Shown piece after piece: positions 9,163 to 19,509 of a stretch of 64,000 bases of DNA (positions are counted from its first letter, which is position 1; the number at the start of each line of letters is the position of its first letter). The stretch lies in assembly GCA_965203175.1 (NCBI GenBank), contig OZ241867.1, positions 5,696,001-5,760,000 on the forward strand, given 5' to 3'. The notes below the pieces were generated by a model, which was given only the letters and a program-made list of their open reading frames with translations, was not told the DNA's origin and did no database searches. The translations under genes and the position numbers were made by a program. The DNA comes from Candidatus Latescibacterota bacterium. GTDB lineage: Bacteria > Latescibacterota > UBA2968 > UBA8231.

Positions 9163-11067
9163 ATGCGCTCGTCCTTCCTCGGCACCTGTTTCTCCTTCGT
9201 CCTCGTCCTAGTCTTTACCGTCTGCATGACCTTCACCAGTGTGCGGACCTACGTTCTCTATGGCAACTACACAGGGCTGACCGATCACTTCAACACCGTC
9301 GGCGTCATCTTCCTGATCTTCTGGATTGTAGTCGTCGCCCTCGCGCTGCGCCTGCTCCACCCGCTCTTGCGCCTCTCGCCAGCCAATTTTGCCTTGGTCT
9401 ATGCCGCGCTCATGGTCGCCGTGGTACTGCCCTCCATGGGCTTTGGCGGCTACTTCATCCCTTTAATCGCTGGCGTCTTTTACTACGCCACCCCAGAAAA
9501 CAACTGGTCCGACCTGCTCTGGCCGCACATTCCCCACTGGGCCGTCCCCCGCGACCTCGAAGCGATCCGCCAGCTTTTTGAAGGCACGGATGCTGCCGCG
9601 CCCGTGCCTTGGGCCTTGTGGGCTGGGCCGCTGTTGTGGTGGTGTCTCTTCATGCTGGCCTTCTTCTTGGTTAGCATCGCGCTAATAAGCCTCGTCCACC
9701 ACCAGTGGTCGCGCCAAGAGCGCTTGGTGTACCCCCTCGCCGCCGTCCCCAACATGCTCCTCGAAAGCTTGGAAAACCCCACCGCGTCTATCCTCAAAAG
9801 CAAGCTATTGTGGCTGGGGTTTCTCATCGCCTGGACACTGCCGACCGTCAACATGCTCGACCGAGTATTGGATATCGAGATCATCCACGGCTTCGGCATT
9901 CCCGGCGGCCGCATCGAGATCCGTCAATTCGGGCTTAGCTACGGGCTTAACACAGACCTGCTGGTCGTGGGCTTGAGCTATCTGGTCGGCCTCAACGTGC
10001 TGTTCAGCGTCTGGTTTTTTCACATACTCATCGCCGCCGAAGGTGCCCTGCTGAACTGGCTGGGCATTTCCCTAGCGCTGCCGGCCCAGCCCCATGCACC
10101 CGACGTGCTGCTCGCCCATCAGCAGATTGGCTCGCTCGCGTGCATCGTCGGAATCTCGCTGTGGATATCGCGCCACTTCCTGCGTCGCCAGTGGCGGCTG
10201 ATCATCAGCGGTGCCCCAGACCGCGACAACCCGATATCGCCGCGTGTCGCTGCTCTGCTCGGACTTGTCGGGTTGACGTACATGACTGGCTTCCTCTGGG
10301 CCAGCGGCCTGAGTCTGATCTGGAGCATCGTCTTTTTGCTCGTCGCGCTGGTGATATTCTTCGGCATCGCCCGCCTATTGGCCCAGACCGGGATCGGCCG
10401 CCTGCGCGCTCCGGCCTCCGTGCCGCCGATCCTGACCAATCTCGTAGGCACCGCCCCTTTTGGTGCCCAAGGGCTGAGCGCAATGGGGCTGAGCATGGTC
10501 TGGACCGCCGACTTGCAACTCTTTTTGATGGGCACCCTCGCCCACGCCTTCAAGGTCTGCGAGCCAGCTCGGCTCAAAATCAGCGGACGCAAGCTGGTGT
10601 TCTTTTTGTCCGCCGCCATGATCGTCGGCCTCATAACCACCATGGTCTGCTACATATGGCTGGGCTACCGCCACGGACTGATCCACGGCTACCGCTGGTA
10701 CTTCGTCAATTCGCCGCAATACCATTGGTCCTGGGTCGCCAATTCGATCAACAACCCCAACCCCGCCGAGCCGCTAGTGGCCGTGTTCCTCGCCGTTGGC
10801 GCTGGCCTCGCCGGGCTGCTCGCGCTGGCCCAGTACCGCTTCGCCGGCTGGCCCTTGCACCCGGTGGGCCTGGGCATCGCCCTAACCAACACCGTCTCCA
10901 TCGACTGGTTTGGGATTTTCTTGGCCTGGCTGATCAAACTCCTGGCCCTGCGCTACGGCGGCATCCGGCTCTACCGCACCCTGCTACCCTTTTTCATCGG
11001 CCTGATCTTGGGCACCTGCGTTGGCGTCGGCGGGGCCGCGCTGGTTTATGCGTTTTACTATTACTGA
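9163..11067 (+). CDS. DUF6785/DUF6784-type polytopic membrane protein (putative transporter), copy 1
   Basis: YYATPENNW, QW..QERLVYPL, WPLHPVG and RYGGIRLYR..PFFIGL are shared with 20550 and 57773. The start (9163 or 9127) was chosen by alignment to the paralogs. Confidence 0.75.
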   Translation: MRSSFLGTCFSFVLVLVFTVCMTFTSVRTYVLYGNYTGLTDHFNTVGVIFLIFWIVVVALALRLLHPLLRLSPANFALVYAALMVAVVLPSMGFGGYFIPLIAGVFYYATPENNWSDLLWPHIPHWAVPRDLEAIRQLFEGTDAAAPVPWALWAGPLLWWCLFMLAFFLVSIALISLVHHQWSRQERLVYPLAAVPNMLLESLENPTASILKSKLLWLGFLIAWTLPTVNMLDRVLDIEIIHGFGIPGGRIEIRQFGLSYGLNTDLLVVGLSYLVGLNVLFSVWFFHILIAAEGALLNWLGISLALPAQPHAPDVLLAHQQIGSLACIVGISLWISRHFLRRQWRLIISGAPDRDNPISPRVAALLGLVGLTYMTGFLWASGLSLIWSIVFLLVALVIFFGIARLLAQTGIGRLRAPASVPPILTNLVGTAPFGAQGLSAMGLSMVWTADLQLFLMGTLAHAFKVCEPARLKISGRKLVFFLSAAMIVGLITTMVCYIWLGYRHGLIHGYRWYFVNSPQYHWSWVANSINNPNPAEPLVAVFLAVGAGLAGLLALAQYRFAGWPLHPVGLGIALTNTVSIDWFGIFLAWLIKLLALRYGGIRLYRTLLPFFIGLILGTCVGVGGAALVYAFYYY

Positions 11068-11084
11068 GACAACCGCTGCAAGAC

Positions 11085-11876
11085 CTAATCAGGATCGGTC
11101 CCCACCCCGTCGAGACGCGCCATCTCCTCGTCTCCTAGCTGCCAGTCGAACAAATCCAAATTGTCGCGCAAATGACTCGTTGAACTGGCCTTGGGGATGA
11201 CGATCATATCCTTTTGCAAAAGCCACTTTAAGGCCACTTGCGCTGGGGTTTTTCCGTGTTCGGCGGCCACCTGTTTTAGGGCCTCGTCCTGGGCGAGGTC
11301 ACCTTGGGCCAACGGGCGGTGCGCCGTCAGTACCACGTTGTGGGCGTGGCAATGGTGCCGCAGCCTTTCGCGGTTGTGGCGCAGGTGATACTCCACCTGA
11401 TTGGTGCAGATCGGCAAGCCGGTGGCGGCTCGAGCCCGATCGGTCTGCTCAATGCTGAAATTGCTGATGCCAATGCTCTTGGCCTGACCGGCCTCGTAGA
11501 TCTTTTCAAAAGCGGCCAAGGTGCGCTCCACCGGCACGCCCTGACCGGGGCTGTGGATGAGCAGGAGATCAACGTACTCAGTCTGCAGATCGCGCAGAAT
11601 CTCCTCCATCTGCTCCAAGGTCGCCTCGTACTCTAAGTGCGAATGCCAGATCTTGGAGGTGATGAAGAGGCTATCGCGATCTGCCCCGATCTCCTTGAGG
11701 ACTTGGCCGATGGCGTCCTGATTCTCGTACATCCAGGCCGAATCCAAATGCGTATAGCCCATTTCGAGGGCCTCTTTGACCACGTCTTTGCACTGCTGGC
11801 CGCGCAACATCCAAGTGCCTAACCCAAATTGCGGAATGGCGTGGCCCGAGGCCAAGGTAATGTCTGGCGTACTCAT
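11085..11876 (-). CDS. Aldo/keto reductase (DkgA/B-like)
   Basis: GLGTW, DSAWMYENQ, FITSK, DLLLIH, SIGISNF and IPKASS motifs; AAGGAG RBS. Confidence 0.92.
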   Translation of the reverse strand: MSTPDITLASGHAIPQFGLGTWMLRGQQCKDVVKEALEMGYTHLDSAWMYENQDAIGQVLKEIGADRDSLFITSKIWHSHLEYEATLEQMEEILRDLQTEYVDLLLIHSPGQGVPVERTLAAFEKIYEAGQAKSIGISNFSIEQTDRARAATGLPICTNQVEYHLRHNRERLRHHCHAHNVVLTAHRPLAQGDLAQDEALKQVAAEHGKTPAQVALKWLLQKDMIVIPKASSTSHLRDNLDLFDWQLGDEEMARLDGVGTDPD

Positions 11877-11920
11877 GTCGATTTCTCCTTGTATGGATAG
11901 TTCTCCCTACCGCATTATCC

Positions 11921-11966
11921 TGCATAAAATAAAACAGGGGAAGGAACCCAAAAGCCCCTTCCCCTG
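11921..11966 (-). terminator. Rho-independent terminator after the 11990-12973 gene
   Basis: Perfect 10-bp stem caggggaagg/ccttcccctg, followed on the minus strand by TTTTATTTT. Confidence 0.75.
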
Positions 11967-11989
11967 ATTTTCTACTCCATCGAATAGGA

Positions 11990-12973
11990 CTACGGAGTCC
12001 CCTGATGAATCACCTTCTCGATCAGGCTGCCCGCAAAAGAAATCCCCACCGCATAGGTCGGACCAGCGAAATACCTGTTGCCGCTGACCGTCATGCGCGC
12101 CGAGGCTTCAAGACTCACGTTGGGATGGACGCCAACCAAGACTGTCGGCGCTAGATAGGATACGCTTTGGCTGAGCTTTTCCGGATCGCCGGGATTGCTT
12201 AGGGCGTCGTACTCCGCTCCTGCAATGCCTTCGTACTTGAGGGCGACGAGGAGTTTGTCCATGGGGCTATAGCCTGCCTCGGCGTTAAAAATAAACTCTG
12301 CGCCCGGGGTGTAGCTACGATCGGGATTAGGATCGGAATCCTTGTATTCTCCGCGCCAGCGATACCCCAGATCGAGATTGGCGTAAACAGGCACTGGATA
12401 AAAGGAGCGGCCCAGTTGTGCGACCACGTCAAAATCCCATTGGCCGCCGGTTATGGAAAGGGCCTCGGGCACTTCCCGGTAGTCGCCCATAGGGGCTTTG
12501 AATCCCAACTTCAGCGTACCCACCAGGTCAGCGCTGTTCACGAGGTTAATTTTGGCAAATCCGCGTATATCTCCCAAGCCCGATTCCGTTTCCAGAGCAG
12601 GCGGCGGAGTCGCCACATCATTGCTCTCATCTTTATCTACGAACTTATTACTGAGATACGGAATCTGTAGGCCGAGGTCGATTTGGTCGGTCACGCCGTA
12701 GCGAATGTCGAAATAGACCTGCTGCGATTGGTAGCGGGCGTCGGCGGGCATGTCAAGCGCATTTCCACCCGCATCATAGTGCTGCTCGGTCGATTGCGAC
12801 ATGACAGTGATTTTGCTCCATACGTGGCCCTTTTCAAGCGTCCAAGCGCCTGCCGATGCCATCTGCGGCATCAGGACACTAAGGGCAACGACGAGCAAGG
12901 GGGTTATGCGCCGGGTGAGTTTCTGGTGCAGAAACTCCGGGCATACGTTTGCGGTGCGGGGGAAAGAGGTCAT
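11990..12973 (-). CDS. Putative outer-membrane beta-barrel (MetA/phenol-pathway 'transporter'-like)
   Basis: Signal peptide ending ASA-GAWT; YGVTD, SGLGDI and LGFKAPMGDY motifs; amphipathic strands; AAAGGAG RBS. Confidence 0.65.
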   Translation of the reverse strand: MTSFPRTANVCPEFLHQKLTRRITPLLVVALSVLMPQMASAGAWTLEKGHVWSKITVMSQSTEQHYDAGGNALDMPADARYQSQQVYFDIRYGVTDQIDLGLQIPYLSNKFVDKDESNDVATPPPALETESGLGDIRGFAKINLVNSADLVGTLKLGFKAPMGDYREVPEALSITGGQWDFDVVAQLGRSFYPVPVYANLDLGYRWRGEYKDSDPNPDRSYTPGAEFIFNAEAGYSPMDKLLVALKYEGIAGAEYDALSNPGDPEKLSQSVSYLAPTVLVGVHPNVSLEASARMTVSGNRYFAGPTYAVGISFAGSLIEKVIHQGTP

Positions 12974-13107
12974 GCCTCTCCTTTCTAATTAAGTCCTCGA
13001 GTCTGGTTAGAAGGTTATCCAGCAGACTTAGAGGACGAGGTTGAGATGATTTCCCAGGCGCAAGGATCTGGTAATCGGCCTTAAGATACGTCCAAGAAAT
13101 CTACTGC

Positions 13108-16100
13108 TCAAGGCGTCGAATCCTCGGCGGGCGAGAGGAGGCTCCACAAGGCTGGATCGGGTACGCCGCGGCTTACGATGAACAGACCCGGTTCCGGTAA
13201 CGCCTCCCGTGCGGTCCGTAAAACCGGCCCCGATTCTGGCCAGTCTCGCAGGATACCTTGCACTTGTCCAGTGGAGGGATCCTGCAAGATGGCGACCGGC
13301 CGAGGTCCATCGCCATCTATCGTCACCACCCCCTTGGGACCGGAAAGCGTGATGCGCTCCAACTCATCGGCCCACTCCGGTCGTACCGGGAGGGCAAACG
13401 CAAAGGCAGCGCCTGCGTCTCCATCGGCGCTCGCGGCCATATCGAAGCTAAAAGCGAATAATTCGCTGCCGTCGGCATCTTCACCTGTGAGCCGGTACGG
13501 ACCGCCCGTCTGCGGTAGTGCCGGCGGGGCGTTGACCACGAACGCCGGCTCAAGGACGGGTTCGCCGCTCGCCTTCACTCTTCCCCACAGCAACATTGTC
13601 GTCGTCGGGGCAGGCGGCTTGGCCGCCGCGCTGTGCTCCCTACTACGGCGGTATTCGAGTGCCTTGCTAAAGTTGTAGTCGCTGATCCAACGGGGCCCGC
13701 AGTAGCTCATCAAGTCCGGGGTGTTGGGATGCACTAAGGTCCGCGTGCGGGAATTGTACCCCCACGCGCCGATGGTTCCGTCTCTATAGGGATAACGGAG
13801 ATCGGCAGCATCCACATTGCCACACGGGGAATGCTTGAGCGCCATGTTGTGCCCAAGTTCGTGCGCCATAGTCGATCCGTCGAGGGCTGATACGCTCGCG
13901 GTTCCAGGGATCAGGGCTTTACCACCACCGCGCCGCAGGATGCCCATGTAGTGTCCGCGTCCGCGTCCTCCATCCAAGACCTGAATCGCCGCGATCTCAG
14001 CGAGTAGTTCATCGCTGTTGGCAACCACAGGATCCATCGACGTCCATACGGGTCTGCGCACCCTCAGGCTAAAGTCGCGCACAGGCAAGAGATCGCGCAT
14101 CGGCCAGAACAGATCGTCATCGGCCGACAAGCCCTCGATTTCGTCCAGTATAGAACGGTCTGGGGCTTCCTCCCAGAGCAAGGGAACCAGCGTCAGATCG
14201 AGCGGTGGCACTTCCCTCACGTCTAGAGCCATCCGACCCGTCTCGGGTATGCGACCACCAAGGCCCAAGGCGGGGTCCAACGTGCCACCGGGATCGATTT
14301 CGACCACCATCTCCAACCCCGGACTCACAACCGAACTAGGAATCTCCGCATTGGCAGACGCCGAGAGCACGCCTTCGTCAACGGCCCTGGGGATCTCCCC
14401 TTGCCGATTTGGAATCTCCGCGGTATGCACCCAAATGCCATTGCGATAGAAGGTCGCACGCACCGGGGGTATGCCGACATCAAGGGCCTGATGCGCCGTG
14501 ACGAACACCCGCAAGAGAGCTCGCTTCCCGGCCACTAAGGGTACGGGATGCGTCAGCGATTGCGTCGCCTGCGTCAGGTACGCCTGCGACTCGTCGCTGC
14601 GGATGCAGATGGGAACGCGCCTATTCCGAATCCCCTGTAGCCACATCTGGAATTCGTCGTCCGGCGGTATGCACAACTGCGTTCCACTTAACATTAGATC
14701 CGTGAGGCTGAGGCGGGTAAGGGCACGGGGTAATACTCCCGCTAAACCCGCGTTTTGGTTGAGATATAGCTTCTCCAGATTGGACAGATTACCCAACGCC
14801 GGCGGCACGGGGCCAGTCAGCGCATTGGTATCGAGAAACAGAGAGCGCAAGCTGGATAAGTCGCCCAACGCCGACGGCAGCGCACCCGTCAGACCATTGG
14901 TGTGAAGAGACAGCGTCATCAAGTTGGACAGATTGCCCAACGCCGGCGGCACGGGGCCAGTCAGCGCATTGGTGTGAAGGGACAGATAGCGCAGGTTGGA
15001 CAAGTTGCCCAACGCCGATGGCAGCGCACCCGTCAGACCATTGGTGTGAAGAGATAGTGTCGTCAGGTTAGACAGATTGCCCAACGCCGGCGGCACGGGA
15101 CCAGTGAGCGCATTGGTGTGAAGGGATAGCGTCGTCAGGTAGGACAAATCGCCCAACTCGGATGGGATGGGCCCACTCAACTTATTGTCAGAAAGGTCCA
15201 GTTCGGTCACTTCCCAGTTGGAAACTGTGACGCCATACCAATCCGCAAGGGGTTTCTTGCTCAGCCAGTTGGTGTTGTTCTTCCAGTTGGGTCCATCGGT
15301 CGCGTCGTACAGGGCCACCAAGGCGGATATACCACCGGTTCCTATCGGAATCACCTCAGTAATCACGGCATCCGAACAATTGTTGTTGGTATCGCTCTCT
15401 CCGATCACCGCATCTACACATGCCCCGTAGTAATAAGTTCCTACCGTCCACGGGGCCTTTAGGGCAATCGACTCTGGACTGTTGCTCGAAGCGTTTAGGC
15501 CGATCACGGCATCCGTGCCTACTAGACTATCTTTTACAGAGATCGTCGCGTCCGTCGATTGATAGTAGCGCAAGGTCGTCGAGGCCGCCTCCCCGTTTCC
15601 TTGGTTGCGCACTATGACTTTTATTCTAAAGGGTTGACCCGTTTTCTGGGTACTGTGGTTTACCCAAGGCGGCTGAACCACCAAGTCTGGAGCCGACGGC
15701 GACTGGGATGCAGTGAGCGGGGCTACCGCCTTGCCGATCGGAATTCCAGCTAGCCCATCAACTAGCACCATTCGGCGGGCCAGACTCGCCCCACCCATCG
15801 TCAGCCGATAGATATAAACTCCCGCTGCACCTGTGGCATTCCACATCGCAGCATGAGCGCCAGCCGGCCGTTGCCCATCGACTAACGTCGCAATGCGCTG
15901 TCCTAGTAGATTGAACACCTCCAACCGCACGTGGGCAGAAACCGACAGTTGGTAGGGAATAATCGTAGAGGGGTTGAAGGGATTGGGATAATTCTGGCCC
16001 AAGCTAAAGCCTTGGGGAAGGGCGCTTCCTCTCAGTGCCTCTACGGGCGGCTCTGCGCCGACACCACCCTCTAAAATTAGCCCAATAAGCCCCCCAATTA

Positions 16101-16110
16101 TGGCCTTCAT
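13108..16110 (-). CDS. Mosaic secreted protein: N-terminal T9SS-CTD-like Ig domain, CARDB domain, plant-type LRRs, metzincin (M66-like) protease
   Basis: QNYPNPFNPST; PDLVV...VRNQG...YYGACVD; LRR N-cap LVALYDATDGPNW; six to seven 24-aa LRRs; HELGHNMALKH and Met-turn DLMSYCG. Confidence 0.85.
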   Translation of the reverse strand: MKAIIGGLIGLILEGGVGAEPPVEALRGSALPQGFSLGQNYPNPFNPSTIIPYQLSVSAHVRLEVFNLLGQRIATLVDGQRPAGAHAAMWNATGAAGVYIYRLTMGGASLARRMVLVDGLAGIPIGKAVAPLTASQSPSAPDLVVQPPWVNHSTQKTGQPFRIKVIVRNQGNGEAASTTLRYYQSTDATISVKDSLVGTDAVIGLNASSNSPESIALKAPWTVGTYYYGACVDAVIGESDTNNNCSDAVITEVIPIGTGGISALVALYDATDGPNWKNNTNWLSKKPLADWYGVTVSNWEVTELDLSDNKLSGPIPSELGDLSYLTTLSLHTNALTGPVPPALGNLSNLTTLSLHTNGLTGALPSALGNLSNLRYLSLHTNALTGPVPPALGNLSNLMTLSLHTNGLTGALPSALGDLSSLRSLFLDTNALTGPVPPALGNLSNLEKLYLNQNAGLAGVLPRALTRLSLTDLMLSGTQLCIPPDDEFQMWLQGIRNRRVPICIRSDESQAYLTQATQSLTHPVPLVAGKRALLRVFVTAHQALDVGIPPVRATFYRNGIWVHTAEIPNRQGEIPRAVDEGVLSASANAEIPSSVVSPGLEMVVEIDPGGTLDPALGLGGRIPETGRMALDVREVPPLDLTLVPLLWEEAPDRSILDEIEGLSADDDLFWPMRDLLPVRDFSLRVRRPVWTSMDPVVANSDELLAEIAAIQVLDGGRGRGHYMGILRRGGGKALIPGTASVSALDGSTMAHELGHNMALKHSPCGNVDAADLRYPYRDGTIGAWGYNSRTRTLVHPNTPDLMSYCGPRWISDYNFSKALEYRRSREHSAAAKPPAPTTTMLLWGRVKASGEPVLEPAFVVNAPPALPQTGGPYRLTGEDADGSELFAFSFDMAASADGDAGAAFAFALPVRPEWADELERITLSGPKGVVTIDGDGPRPVAILQDPSTGQVQGILRDWPESGPVLRTAREALPEPGLFIVSRGVPDPALWSLLSPAEDSTP
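14780..15160 (-). repeat. LRR-coding tandem repeat, 72-bp units with a 144-bp higher-order period
   Basis: cccaacgccggcggcacggg...agcgcattggt recurs at 14792, 14936 and 15080; units alternate NALTGPVPPA and NGLTGALPSA. Confidence 0.9.
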
Positions 16111-16191
16111 AAGCTCAGCTCATTGGACCATGTTAAACCATTCGGGATGGCGCGGCCCGAGGCCAACGTCGCATTGTGCACTTGCCTAGTC

Positions 16192-16959
16192 CTAACCCTC
16201 CACTCGGCGAAAGTAATCCTCGGCGTCGTCTTGCGGCATATAACCCAGATCTTTCTCGGTCACCTCCAAGTCAAAAACGCGCCGTCCATTGCCGCTGACC
16301 ACATAGGCTAGCAGGTACTGGGTATCCACTTCCAAGGCTCGACGATGGGCTTCGATGCAATCGCGATGGCTGAGGAACATGGCACGCATATAGTCCTCGG
16401 CAGAGGTGCCGCGCATGGTGGTCGGATCGTCCTCAGCAATGATCCAGCCGATGCGCAAACCGACAAATTCGAGGCCGTAGCGCTGACTGTACAGCTTGCC
16501 CATGTTTTCGCCAAAGAGCTTGGAGACCGCGTACATGGAGTCGGGATTAGGCGGCTCGTCCAAACGCATGCGGGTGCGCTTGGACGGATCCAAGGTCTCT
16601 GGAGTGGTCAAAATAGTATTGCCGTGCTGGGTGTGATTGGTCGAGGCAAATACTAGACGTCTGACCCCAGATCGGCGGCACTCTTCCAGCACCTGATACA
16701 TACCTTCTAGGTTGTGATCCCGCACGCTCTCCCAAGAGGCGCTTGGGCTGGGATCGGCCGCTAGGTGAATGACGGCCTCCAAGCCCTCAAAGGCCCCTTC
16801 GACCTCTGCGGCGCGGTCGAAATTGACTATCGTGGCGGGAAAATCGACTGGGCGGCGCGTGAATGCCTTGAACTCGTATTCGGCTCCCAAGCCGGCCAGC
16901 AGCACGCGGCCGATGGTGCCGTTGGCCCCGGTCAGGCCAATGCGGGTATAGCGCGTCAT
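16192..16959 (-). CDS. NAD-dependent epimerase/dehydratase (uronate dehydrogenase-like)
   Basis: TGANGTIG, IHLAA, FASTNH, PDSMYAVSK and LRIG motifs. Confidence 0.85.
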   Translation of the reverse strand: MTRYTRIGLTGANGTIGRVLLAGLGAEYEFKAFTRRPVDFPATIVNFDRAAEVEGAFEGLEAVIHLAADPSPSASWESVRDHNLEGMYQVLEECRRSGVRRLVFASTNHTQHGNTILTTPETLDPSKRTRMRLDEPPNPDSMYAVSKLFGENMGKLYSQRYGLEFVGLRIGWIIAEDDPTTMRGTSAEDYMRAMFLSHRDCIEAHRRALEVDTQYLLAYVVSGNGRRVFDLEVTEKDLGYMPQDDAEDYFRRVEG

Positions 16960-16984
16960 GTTGTATGCTCCTTGCTCGATACTC

Positions 16985-19465
16985 TCATCCTACGACAAAA
17001 GTCCGTTGGCTGTTCTCACGCAGCACGAGCTCCCGATCAAAGGTATGCTCGCCCACGCCGGTCAGCCGAAAGTGCTTAATCTTGATCCGCCCATACAAAA
17101 CGTCCAAGACGATGCGATAGCCCGACTGGCGCTGGGCAATGTGCACCGTGCCCCAAGCAGCGCCATTTGACCAGAAAAAGGTTCCGGGCTCTGCGGCAAA
17201 GGCGATGGACTTTGTAACCCCCGAATAATTAAATCCCGTCAGCGCCAGCACCCCGGCCCAAGCAACCATGGCCCGGGCGTAGTGATGGCCGCATTCGGCT
17301 TCGTCAAAGGGACTGCGTTTGGCCCCGTCGTAGCGATTGCGAACGTCGCGCATGGTTTGCAGACCGTTTTTGAGCTGACCCTCGTAGAGCATGCCAATGG
17401 CCGCGGTGTATTCAAACCCGGTCATCACTTCCGTGAAATAAGGAAATGGATTGTCGGGCCGCTCGCGGGGATAGCTCGCCATGAGCAAGGCCGATTCATC
17501 CCCCAAGGCATAAGAGCGCATGCAGTTGAAGTGATCAGTCAGCTTCTTGCGGTGGTTGTACTTGCGGATGCTCTTGAGGGTTTGGCGCACGTGGGCGCGT
17601 TTGGTCAGATAGCCCAAACCGCAGACGTGGGCGAAAAACTGGCCAACGAGCTGATCTACCAGACAACCGCGGCCGAGTTGGTAATCTGGATCGGAGAGTT
17701 TGGCCGCGCCCATGCCCAGCCGCAGCGCTGCGGCCACTTTTTTGGGTGGCTCAATGCGATGCTCGTAGTATTCGCCATTGAACAATTGCTCGTCGATGTA
17801 GGCGCGGCCACTCTCGTAGAGCCGACGGCAAGTTTGCGCAAAGTCAGCTTCGCCCAGATGGACCGCCATTTCCTCGCCGGCGCGCAAAGCCCCCAGATAC
17901 CATATCCCCATTTGTGGATTAGGCCCGTAGTATTCGACATCCATGGTATTGTGCTGGCAGCCCTCCATAACCCCGTCGCCATCGCCGTCCCACCCTCCTT
18001 CGATCCAGCAAAATTCAAGGGCCTTTTTGACCTTTGGCCAAATCGATTGCAGGAAGGCATCGTCGCCGCAAAGCTGCCAGTCGCGATAGGCTTTCATAAT
18101 ACAACCCATCTGACCGTCGGCCGCGGCTTTGCCAAATTCACGAGCGCGACTGAGGGGCAGATGGACGCGAAAGTTCATCATGCCTTGGTCGTCGGTGGCG
18201 TGATTGAATTCGGTATCGCGCATCGTGCGGGCCAGATCGCCAAAAAGAAACGCCGTACTTTGTTCGTAATTCCACACATGCGTACAGGAGCCCATGCAGC
18301 AGCCGCTGTGATCGTTGTATCCCTCCCAGCCAAATAAACGTCCATCCGGGGTGCGGAAGCACGTTTGCGTCCGCAGAGTGCTGAGATTGAAAAGAGCGGC
18401 TTCCTTTACGACCTCGGGCAGATCGCTTGCCGCGAAGGCTGAGACAAAGCGCACGGTCTGTTGTTCGAGCTTTTTGAGCCGCGGCGCGGTTTTGCCGGCC
18501 ACATCCCACGCATCGCCATAGTGCGTCGCATAGTAGTTGCCAATGGGATCGTCGCCCGGCGACCACGTGTGCCGATTGGGAAAGTGCCACGTCAGCAAGA
18601 AGGTGATCGTCTTGTGTTGCTTGGGCAAAATGTTGGTGCGCACCACGAGCGAGGCACTCGGCATGTCAGCCCCTTCGCCGGGGCGCTTTTCCACCCGGCC
18701 ATCGGCTGCAAAGTCGTCCCAAAAGTCGAGCAGAGACGTGCCCCACCCGGCTTTTTTCCAAGCCGTGCGATAAGTAATACCCGTTTTGGCCGTGGTGGTC
18801 AGGGCCATAGTGCCATAACTCATGGCGGTGGGATCAACCCCTGTGCTGTCCATGAAAATGCCCTGACAGTGGGTTGCCTTGCGAAAGCGATTGCGATTGG
18901 CCTGGGCCAATTCTTCCACGCCATCGTTGCCAATGAAATTGGGCAGCGAGCCGCACACCGAGACCGCGACGCGCTTGTTGGTCCGATTAGTGAGCGTATA
19001 GCGCAGCACCGCGATGGGGATCCCGCTGTCATCGGCGTTGGCGGGTATAAACGGGTTAAACGCTTCGAGACAAACCGCGACCGGAACTTGTGGATCGGAC
19101 AGATGTACCTGTGCAAGTGGATAAGCCGCAGCAAACGCACATTGTGCAAAGCGCGGCAAGCCGTGATTGACCGCCACACTGCCGCTCGCACCCTGGTATT
19201 CGGATACGTCCACCGGCCCTTCGAGCGCACGGGTGACGGATGGGCCGCCAGCGGGTTTGGCGTACAGAGCAAAAAATGCCCCCGCTCCCCGGCCCCCATC
19301 GCCCCTTGGGACAAATCCCTTGGCCGGGCGGTTCATCAGTTCCCAGTCGCGCAAATCCCCGCGTCCGCCCAGTGAAACGGTGCCCGTGCCAATGCCGCCA
19401 ATGGGCATGGCAATGCTGACGAGATGATCCCGATCGTAGTGCTTGAGCATCGGCCAATTGGACAT
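16985..19465 (-). CDS. GH116 glycoside hydrolase (non-lysosomal glucosylceramidase family)
   Basis: MPIGGIGTG, GWEG, SCTHVWNY, HNTMD, EVMTGFEY and EAECGHHYAR motifs. Start moved to ATG 19465, which has a GAGGAG RBS. Confidence 0.9.
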   Translation of the reverse strand: MSNWPMLKHYDRDHLVSIAMPIGGIGTGTVSLGGRGDLRDWELMNRPAKGFVPRGDGGRGAGAFFALYAKPAGGPSVTRALEGPVDVSEYQGASGSVAVNHGLPRFAQCAFAAAYPLAQVHLSDPQVPVAVCLEAFNPFIPANADDSGIPIAVLRYTLTNRTNKRVAVSVCGSLPNFIGNDGVEELAQANRNRFRKATHCQGIFMDSTGVDPTAMSYGTMALTTTAKTGITYRTAWKKAGWGTSLLDFWDDFAADGRVEKRPGEGADMPSASLVVRTNILPKQHKTITFLLTWHFPNRHTWSPGDDPIGNYYATHYGDAWDVAGKTAPRLKKLEQQTVRFVSAFAASDLPEVVKEAALFNLSTLRTQTCFRTPDGRLFGWEGYNDHSGCCMGSCTHVWNYEQSTAFLFGDLARTMRDTEFNHATDDQGMMNFRVHLPLSRAREFGKAAADGQMGCIMKAYRDWQLCGDDAFLQSIWPKVKKALEFCWIEGGWDGDGDGVMEGCQHNTMDVEYYGPNPQMGIWYLGALRAGEEMAVHLGEADFAQTCRRLYESGRAYIDEQLFNGEYYEHRIEPPKKVAAALRLGMGAAKLSDPDYQLGRGCLVDQLVGQFFAHVCGLGYLTKRAHVRQTLKSIRKYNHRKKLTDHFNCMRSYALGDESALLMASYPRERPDNPFPYFTEVMTGFEYTAAIGMLYEGQLKNGLQTMRDVRNRYDGAKRSPFDEAECGHHYARAMVAWAGVLALTGFNYSGVTKSIAFAAEPGTFFWSNGAAWGTVHIAQRQSGYRIVLDVLYGRIKIKHFRLTGVGEHTFDRELVLRENSQRTFVVG

Positions 19466-19509
19466 TGTGATTACTCCTCGGTGTGAATGGGAATCGTTCG
19501 CATCGATGC

